Below, piece by piece: positions 8,601 to 12,991 of a stretch of 32,000 nucleotides of DNA. The stretch lies in NCBI RefSeq assembly GCF_001945605.1, contig NZ_MPKA01000052.1:1452-33451 (forward strand). Direction: 5' to 3'. Position numbers and translations under genes: made by a program. Numbering within the stretch: position 1 is the stretch's first letter; the number at the start of each line of letters is the position of its first letter. The notes under the pieces were generated by a model that searched no databases, had not been told where the DNA came from, and was given only the letters and a program-made list of their open reading frames with translations. This DNA is from Dubosiella newyorkensis (lineage in GTDB: Bacteria > Bacillota_I > Bacilli_A > Erysipelotrichales > Erysipelotrichaceae).

Positions 8601-9669
8601 CTGCTGGTTCTTCTTTTCCATCTTCTACTACTGGATCTTGTTCTGTCGGTTGTTTTTCATCCTCTACTTCTTGAACTTCTTGTTCTGGATGCACATAGGC
8701 CATCGTTTCATACTCTTTTTCTTGAAGAACGATTTCCTTTACTTGATCATTCAAATCGCCCACGATGGCTTTATTCTTGTCTTGATTCACAAGAAAACCA
8801 ACATAACTCTTAATTTCTTTGTCAGGAACATTTTCATCCTTTTGATCTTTGAAGAAGATCAAATCTCCATTTTGTGGTTCATATCCTTCTGGTTCAAACA
8901 ACTCTTTCTTCGAAAGATCTTCGATCCATTCGTTCCAGTCGTGTCCATATGGAATTTGTTCATTCTTGATTCCCGCATAATGAAGGACGAATGAAGCGAA
9001 CATGATATTCCAGTCTTCGTATGGCTTTCCATACCATTCTCCATACCGCGTGTAATAGTGTTCTTTCCCATCAGAATCGAGTTCGAAGTTTTCTTTTACT
9101 TCCTTATAGTCTTTTTGACTCTTCGCAATCTGGACGATCTTTTCATCCAGCTTGTCGCTCAACGTTTCCGGAATCGAGTTTTCCCAATCTTCCTTCTTTT
9201 CTTTCAATTCTTTATTGGAAGTACATTCTTTCGAATGGGTGTGTTCTTCTTTTCCGCAAACAGGATCGACACTCAAATAACATTTTGGAGAATGTTCATG
9301 TCCTTCTACGCTTTCGCTCTCTTCTTTATCGCAAATCAATACTTGTTCTTGCTGGAAACACGACTCGTCATGAACATGCTCTTCACTTTCTTCCAAAGGA
9401 CAAATGAGCGTTTGTTTGATTTCATAACACGAATCGTCGTGAACATGACCTTCGATCGATTCTCCTTCTACTTTTCCGCAAAGCGGATCTTTAGAATGAT
9501 AACAATCTTCTGTGTGCGTATGCTCTTCCTTATCGCAATAGAATTGCTGGGCTTCCGTTTCCAAAGTCAATGCCGGAAGGATCAGCGCATACGTTGTACA
9601 AAAGACGATCAAACAACTTAGCGCGTTCGTCACCCGTCTCCAAGAACGTTTTTTTCTCTTTCTATCCAT
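5689..9669 (-). CDS. Large LPXTG surface adhesin and probable pilus tip protein, 1326 aa. Domains in order: Cys/His repeat region, CHAP-like domain, acidic spacer, fibro-slime/PA14-like domain, CnaB-like domain.
   Basis: N-terminal signal anchor. Five C..H-x-H-x3-C(Y/F) units (9223-9537). CHAP/NlpC-P60-like segment YGEWYGKPYEDWNIMFASFVLHYAGI..GDLIFF..SYVGFLV..IVGDLND (8689-9147). E/Q/K-rich spacer (8140-8688). Fibro-slime signature GFWPLD..FFYGDDDMWVFLDDQLICDIGGVH..LTVYYLERGQAGSS (6300-6711). LPETGG at 5797-5814 followed by a TM helix and KK tail. Confidence 0.85.
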   Translation of the reverse strand: MDRKRKKRSWRRVTNALSCLIVFCTTYALILPALTLETEAQQFYCDKEEHTHTEDCYHSKDPLCGKVEGESIEGHVHDDSCYEIKQTLICPLEESEEHVHDESCFQQEQVLICDKEESESVEGHEHSPKCYLSVDPVCGKEEHTHSKECTSNKELKEKKEDWENSIPETLSDKLDEKIVQIAKSQKDYKEVKENFELDSDGKEHYYTRYGEWYGKPYEDWNIMFASFVLHYAGIKNEQIPYGHDWNEWIEDLSKKELFEPEGYEPQNGDLIFFKDQKDENVPDKEIKSYVGFLVNQDKNKAIVGDLNDQVKEIVLQEKEYETMAYVHPEQEVQEVEDEKQPTEQDPVVEDGKEEPAEEEKEDKNEETKEEIEYRLPEEFKVETEDFTLTLKPRSIPGEQEEEQKEENKQLEEENKEQEETEKTTDNELQIKKFSLEPEENIQDKIDEEINRSEDELEQIQEEAKQEQEEEENKPIPTLQIEKIDETTQNEEDQLEIQKLKEQSEKDTDPEQLLDLSFYKLRFFVEDQEINLEDQKFDAELTPTQAFVEKYDTTKDLEDVKPEAEVGASVSIMNINKTVETDLIDAETANDSILINKNYTNTPIVFSQNASDPMVLNIQITPNPEFEVEIYGYLHKNQEATYEDLNQGKTARQNATFQVIDMTKIPEKFAPGFVKYKDYKNVQGKFNKKLGKEPEEIYSSTKYKFHQAPSLDYFNKLDGVESYCLKEIWIKPNEQSNWSKFNYNSNDLAKNIRFTNSDQHKDLYDPLQPNDFEGKYYLITEGTEIRLVFNETESKATEKTSFWDYDFYDTNLNIYTHNNGRVGINNEKNYSSTNAPTLVLGNKYISEKFYSNDPQVNVNKNDKSINQSAGNLEFITTQTVKDNNNNTKTIDVHRAVRSHPIFGLVNSALDSDGHLQYAVNAPKLFDEGTAIGKSVRLDGSLKFDRTGDTYSLYGVSGPNNYNKDTLNQFLTKDAYTPAGQQKNRFHYNGFWPLDNLDTTKNYGSPNNQPQLKYNGNTYGFNGTYKSDDDQDHNTLFGMKYQVDFILDENYTGPLRYFFYGDDDMWVFLDDQLICDIGGVHQSIGAEVDIRQALGDNLSSGKHTLTVYYLERGQAGSSCYMEYTLPNVVSKTPENATGELRLEKQSNDPDPDKDYEFEIVLSDQNGNELANEYALTVYTKSSNGNDIIDEKRSNVTFHSRGKILLKNNQYAIIKYLPINSHYKITENINSNEKDLTFVSSCLSTGSACDIKEPEKKPENGTYTIIGTIKSGSSLSHYVKVFNNKYFALPETGGIGIEPPIMASGISVIATSGYVVILRKKGWWSKKKK

Positions 9670-9684
9670 AATTCCTTCGCCTTT

Positions 9685-10281
9685 CTAAATTCCGCTCAGC
9701 TTATTCAAAGGCCAGACTCGACCTACAAGCTTTCCTACGATCATTTCTTCTGCCACAGGACCGATTGCCTTTACACGAGAATCCATCGAAACGCTTCGAT
9801 GATCTCCCATCACGAACCACCGATCTTCAGGCACTTGATACGGATATTCAATATCCGTCTGTCCGATCGACCTTTCACTCACATAGGGCTCTTCGATCTC
9901 TTCCCCATTCACATACACAACTCCATCATCATCGATGAACACCCAGTCGCCAGGACCCGCGATCACTCGCTTGACAAGAATCTTGTTGTTGTAGTAAAAG
10001 GCGATGATATCCCCCGTCTTATAATTGTTTCCTTTTACAGAAAGAACGACATCGCCCGCCTTGAGCGTAGGTGACATACTATTTCCATAAATCTGTAAAA
10101 CAGGGAGCCATAACGTAGCCACTAAAACCGCGATCGCAGCCACCACCAATAAAGTCCCCACCGTACTTTTCAATGTCCTCACATACTGACTTTTGTGCCG
10201 AACTCGATTTCGTTCTTGAACGAGCTCATCCAGCGAGTACGAGACATCGATCTTGTTTTCTTTGCTTGCTTTCTTTCTCAT
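9685..10281 (-). CDS. Signal peptidase I, bacterial LepB/P-type (S26A), with catalytic Ser/Lys retained
   Basis: Box B NSMSPTL (Ser68), box D LVKRVIAGPGD (Lys104) and box E GDHRSVSMDSR, with a single N-terminal TM helix. SD AGGGGA lies upstream. The start is 56 nt inside the 3' end of the upstream ORF. Confidence 0.9.
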   Translation of the reverse strand: MRKKASKENKIDVSYSLDELVQERNRVRHKSQYVRTLKSTVGTLLVVAAIAVLVATLWLPVLQIYGNSMSPTLKAGDVVLSVKGNNYKTGDIIAFYYNNKILVKRVIAGPGDWVFIDDDGVVYVNGEEIEEPYVSERSIGQTDIEYPYQVPEDRWFVMGDHRSVSMDSRVKAIGPVAEEMIVGKLVGRVWPLNKLSGI

Positions 10282-11209
10282 TCATTCCCCTATATATAAA
10301 TAGACCGTCACTTTCTTCATTTGAGAACTTCACTTCAAAATCATCAATATTCGAACCCGAAACCACGATCTTGAACGGATGCTTTTCTTTATATTCCAGA
10401 TCTTTGCGCGACCATTTGTCATACGCATCCACAAACGAATCATGCAGTAAATGTTCAGCCTGCTTCCGCACAAAGATCGCATCCTCCTTCTTTTCAAACG
10501 CCCCCAAAAAATACCGGACCTTCTGAAAAGAAATTTGAGCGATCCATTTACCCTTCTGCTTTCTTACGCCCGTACAGCCACTCGTGTTGTCTTTACGAAC
10601 TTCTTTGGAACGAAGTGACTCCACACACGTTTGCTCGACATAGTGAAGTGTTTCTTTTGGATCGTGTTCATGAACCAAACAACCACAACTTTTCACATTC
10701 CCAGACTTTAGCTGATTCAACGAAACCTCAATACGATTGCCGCAATCACAAACACACTCCCAAACAACACTTCCCGCCAGTCGTTTTTCTGTCGGACAAA
10801 TCGCCAGCAAACGACCAAACTTTTGATTCGAAATATCTTCAGACTTCTTCCCTTTCGAACAACCGCAACTCGACGTTGGATTGTTCCTTGTCAAATGCGA
10901 AGTAGGAACTTTGATTTCATTTCCACAATCACATCGGCATAGCCACAAATAATTCGAACCCTTTTTTTCATTCAATTTACGAATGACCGTAAGCTTTCCG
11001 ATCTTCTTTCCCGTCAAATCGATCGAAGAAGTTCTCGAACAACCGCAACTATGAACAAGCTCACGCTCGATCTTGTAGCGCTCCAAAAGAATTTCATTTC
11101 CACAATCGCAACGACAAAGCCACAAAAAGCTGCCCTTTCTTTTTTGCTCGGTCTTTTTGAGCACAGTCAGCTTTCCAAAACGTTTACCACTCAAATCAAC
11201 CGCTTTCAT
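10226..11209 (-). CDS. Putative DNA-binding regulator with three tandem CxCxC..SCGC zinc-ribbon-like modules plus an AP2-like domain, 327 aa
   Basis: Three roughly 55-aa repeats of the form (D)L(S/T)GK(R/K)FGKLTV..W.C.CDCGN.I..SCGC. They are followed by TGVRKQKGKWIAQISFQKVRYFLGAFEKKEDAIFVRKQAE, which matches the bacterial/phage AP2 (GV..gKW.A.I..LG.F..eeA) pattern. SD GAAAGGG lies 6 nt upstream. Confidence 0.75.
   Translation of the reverse strand: MKAVDLSGKRFGKLTVLKKTEQKRKGSFLWLCRCDCGNEILLERYKIERELVHSCGCSRTSSIDLTGKKIGKLTVIRKLNEKKGSNYLWLCRCDCGNEIKVPTSHLTRNNPTSSCGCSKGKKSEDISNQKFGRLLAICPTEKRLAGSVVWECVCDCGNRIEVSLNQLKSGNVKSCGCLVHEHDPKETLHYVEQTCVESLRSKEVRKDNTSGCTGVRKQKGKWIAQISFQKVRYFLGAFEKKEDAIFVRKQAEHLLHDSFVDAYDKWSRKDLEYKEKHPFKIVVSGSNIDDFEVKFSNEESDGLFIYRGMNEKESKQRKQDRCLVLAG
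10679..11197 (-). repeat. Three in-frame tandem coding repeats (about 160-190 nt each) inside the AP2-like gene
   Basis: Protein repeats D5-C57, D64-C117 and D125-C177. DNA similarity is also visible, for example TGTGGCTTTGTCGTTGCGATTGTGGAAATGAAAT versus TGTGGCTATGCCGATGTGATTGTGGAAATGAAAT on the coding strand. Confidence 0.7.
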
Positions 11210-11246
11210 TTCTTGCCCTTTCTAAATTGAAATCTTGAAGGTACAA

Positions 11247-11281
11247 AAAAATTCATAAAGTACCTTACTCTATGAATTTTT
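11247..11281. promoter_or_regulatory. 11-bp perfect inverted repeat AAAAATTCATA / TATGAATTTTT in the leader of the AP2-like gene
   Basis: The arms are at 11247-11257 and 11271-11281 with a 13-nt loop containing AGTACCTTACT. The repeat is nested in a second inverted repeat, AAGGTAC (11238-11244) / GTACCTT (11260-11266). The stem is AT-rich, so an operator is more likely than a strong terminator. Confidence 0.35.
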
Positions 11282-11315
11282 GAATATAAATGTTATATAA
11301 TGGTCGATTGTAAAC

Positions 11316-11345
11316 TTGACGGCTTAAACTGACGGCTTATATAAT
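11316..11345 (+). promoter_or_regulatory. Near-consensus sigma-A promoter on the plus strand with no ORF downstream (orphan)
   Basis: TTGACG (11316-11321), an 18-nt spacer and TATAAT (11340-11345); alternatively a 17-nt spacer to ATATAA. The only plus-strand end point before the convergent HAD gene is the bidirectional hairpin at 11618-11643. Confidence 0.45.
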
Positions 11346-11434
11346 AAAATAAAAGAAAGAGAAAACTATAAAAAATCTTGTATCTATAGGCTTTTTCAGC
11401 CTAATGATCTGACCAGAATTTTGACGGCTTAAAC
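11316..11434 (+). repeat. Direct repeats of TTGACGGCTTAAAC: two exact 14-mers plus one adjacent partial copy
   Basis: TTGACGGCTTAAAC occurs at 11316-11329 and again at 11421-11434. The partial copy TGACGGCTTA is at 11330-11339, immediately after the first. Confidence 0.7.
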
Positions 11435-11455
11435 ATTCAAATGGAATCCTGATTT

Positions 11456-11477
11456 GTACTTTTTTCTCAAAAAGTAC
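11456..11477. promoter_or_regulatory. Perfect 9-bp palindrome GTACTTTTT-tctc-AAAAAGTAC
   Basis: The arms are at 11456-11464 and 11469-11477, inside the AT-rich intergenic region. Confidence 0.35.
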
Positions 11478-11610
11478 TGTATATTCTTATAATTATTCTA
11501 TAAATCTTACACAATTTAGTACATTTTGTTTAAAAGATGCTTTATTTTTTCAAATTAACTATGGTAAAATGGCTTCGTTTAGTAAGGTACTCTAGGAAAA
11601 TTATACTTAT

Positions 11611-11648
11611 AAAAAACGCCTGTCCACGTAAGTATGAACAGGCATTTT
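11611..11648 (-). terminator. Rho-independent terminator of the HAD gene, usable from both directions
   Basis: Stem GCCTGT (11618-11623) / ACAGGC (11638-11643). There is an A6 run at 11611-11616 (a T-run on the minus strand) and TTTT at 11645-11648 on the plus strand. It lies directly after the stop at 11650. Confidence 0.7.
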
Positions 11649-11649
11649 A

Positions 11650-12249
11650 TTATTCATCTTCTAAAAAATGACTTACTTTTTTCTTGAGCTGGCTTGGCTC
11701 TTTTAAATGGATCGTATGGAAGCCTAACGTATTGGCGGCTTCGATATTCTTTTCTAAATCATCGATAAATAAACATTCCATCGCGTCTAGCTCGTAGCGA
11801 TCCAAAAGTGTTTTATACATTTCAAAGTCTGGCTTGATCTTCTTTTCTTGGTATGAATACACGCCTCCATCCACATGCTTGAACAATCCATTTTCTTTTA
11901 AATGCAAAAAACAATCTTGCGGAATGTTAGAAAGAATATATACCCCATAACCTAAATCGTGGAGATGACGCATATACTCTACATTTTCTTGAATCAACTC
12001 CACATATTGCGTCCAGTCATCCATCAATACTTTGATCTCTTTTTTTAATTCTGGCGCTTGAAGCTCACCGATCTCGATCATCTTTCCTTTCGTCAAAGTA
12101 TTTTTGTCATACTGATCCCACAACGAAGCAAAATAGATCCCATTCAATTGCTCCTGGACGTGGTTGTCGCTAAAAAGTTGTTGAAGCATCCCTTCAGGAT
12201 CAAATGTACAAAGTACATTCCCGATATCTAATACTATATTCTTGATCAT
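11650..12249 (-). CDS. HAD-superfamily hydrolase (subfamily IA-like phosphatase)
   Basis: N-terminal motif I VLDIGNVL (DxG/DxD type). Motif IV is ..CLFIDDLEKNIEAA. The size is 199 aa. The SD is weak. Confidence 0.75.
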   Translation of the reverse strand: MIKNIVLDIGNVLCTFDPEGMLQQLFSDNHVQEQLNGIYFASLWDQYDKNTLTKGKMIEIGELQAPELKKEIKVLMDDWTQYVELIQENVEYMRHLHDLGYGVYILSNIPQDCFLHLKENGLFKHVDGGVYSYQEKKIKPDFEMYKTLLDRYELDAMECLFIDDLEKNIEAANTLGFHTIHLKEPSQLKKKVSHFLEDE

Positions 12250-12384
12250 AATCTCATTATGAAGTGTATTGAAAAAAAATCAATCCTTTCTTTCTAACGG
12301 TCAAACGACAAGGCTTCTTTTTTTTGAAGTGCTAAAATAAACGTACAATAAGTAGTGCCAATTCAAATAAAGGAGGTATAAACA

Positions 12385-12870
12385 ATGTCAAAAAACAAAC
12401 ATGAAGCAAGTGAAAAAATGGACGAATCGTTTGGAACGGCTCCAGAGACAAATGTAAAATCAGCCCCTTCGATTTCGCCAAATAGTGAAGATGATAAGGA
12501 AAGCGCTAAAAAAGTGGACCTTACTCTCGACAATGAACAACCTAGCACGAACGACGCGCCACAACAAAAAGTGGACGATAAAGTCAATCCAGCCGTTCAA
12601 TTCGAATCTTTGAGAACTTTGAGTGATGAAAAGCTTGCTCAAGCGAAACAAGATCTCGATGATATGGAAAAAGAAGTTCATCACTATGCCGAAAACATCG
12701 AAGACGAATACGAAGAACAAGGCGGAATCAAAGGAATCGCCAAAGAAAAAGCCGACGAACTAAAAGAAAACTTTGAAAACGATCCAGTCAACACACTCTG
12801 CGACCTAGGCAAAAAAGCTCTAATGGTCATTGGTGGCTTCGCTGTTTTAAAAGCAATCTTCAAAAAGTAG
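12385..12870 (+). CDS. Acidic, low-complexity hypothetical protein with a single C-terminal TM helix (tail-anchored), 161 aa
   Basis: Strong SD AAAGGAGG 7 nt upstream. The body is D/E/K-rich. The C-terminus is ALMVIGGFAVLKAIFKK. A clean terminator follows. Confidence 0.7.
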   Translation: MSKNKHEASEKMDESFGTAPETNVKSAPSISPNSEDDKESAKKVDLTLDNEQPSTNDAPQQKVDDKVNPAVQFESLRTLSDEKLAQAKQDLDDMEKEVHHYAENIEDEYEEQGGIKGIAKEKADELKENFENDPVNTLCDLGKKALMVIGGFAVLKAIFKK

Positions 12871-12879
12871 TCACGATCA

Positions 12880-12910
12880 AGACCTTCCAGTCGAAGGTCT
12901 CTTTTTTTTC
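12880..12910 (+). terminator. Rho-independent terminator
   Basis: Stem AGACCTTC (12880-12887) / GAAGGTCT (12893-12900) followed by CTTTTTTTTC. Confidence 0.85.
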
Positions 12911-12932
12911 TTTATTCTCTATTTCCATCATC

Positions 12933-12976
12933 AATAAAAAAGAAAAGAGAAGTCGATCACATGATCCAACTTCTCT
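12933..12976 (-). terminator. Rho-independent terminator of rpoC
   Basis: Minus-strand stem AGAGAAGT / ACTTCTCT (12946-12953 and 12969-12976). It is followed on the minus strand by TTTCTTTTTT. Confidence 0.7.
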
Positions 12977-12991
12977 TACTTCTTTTAATTA

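Noticed and set aside
8140-8688. Possible tandem DNA repeat or CRISPR-like array in the GAA-rich stretch
   Set aside because: There is no fixed-length repeat/spacer periodicity. The region is a continuous in-frame low-complexity E/Q/K coding segment of the adhesin.
8179-9621. Overlapping plus-strand ORFs (62-187 aa) rich in F/L/S
   Set aside because: They are the reverse-complement reading of the GAA/GAG/AAA-rich acidic spacer and N-terminal part of the adhesin gene. They have no starts with an SD, and several overlap one another in different frames.
3943-9655. Homopolymer tracts in Lys-rich ends of the pilin and adhesin genes, considered as phase-variation switches. They are T7 at 3943-3949 and T7 at 9649-9655 on the plus strand.
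   Set aside because: Seven-nucleotide runs are short for efficient slipped-strand switching. They are fully explained by AAA Lys codons in the positively charged signal-peptide and sorting-signal regions.
11259-11591. MITE-like or mobile insertion bounded by the 11-bp inverted repeat AGTACCTTACT/AGTAAGGTACT
   Set aside because: There is no target-site duplication outside the repeats, no transposase and no second copy in the window. It is kept only as a structural observation within the intergenic finding.
11561-11677. 38-codon plus-strand ORF (MVKWLRLVRYSRK...) in the AT-rich region
   Set aside because: It has no SD. It runs through the terminator hairpin into the antisense of the HAD gene and shows no coding signature.
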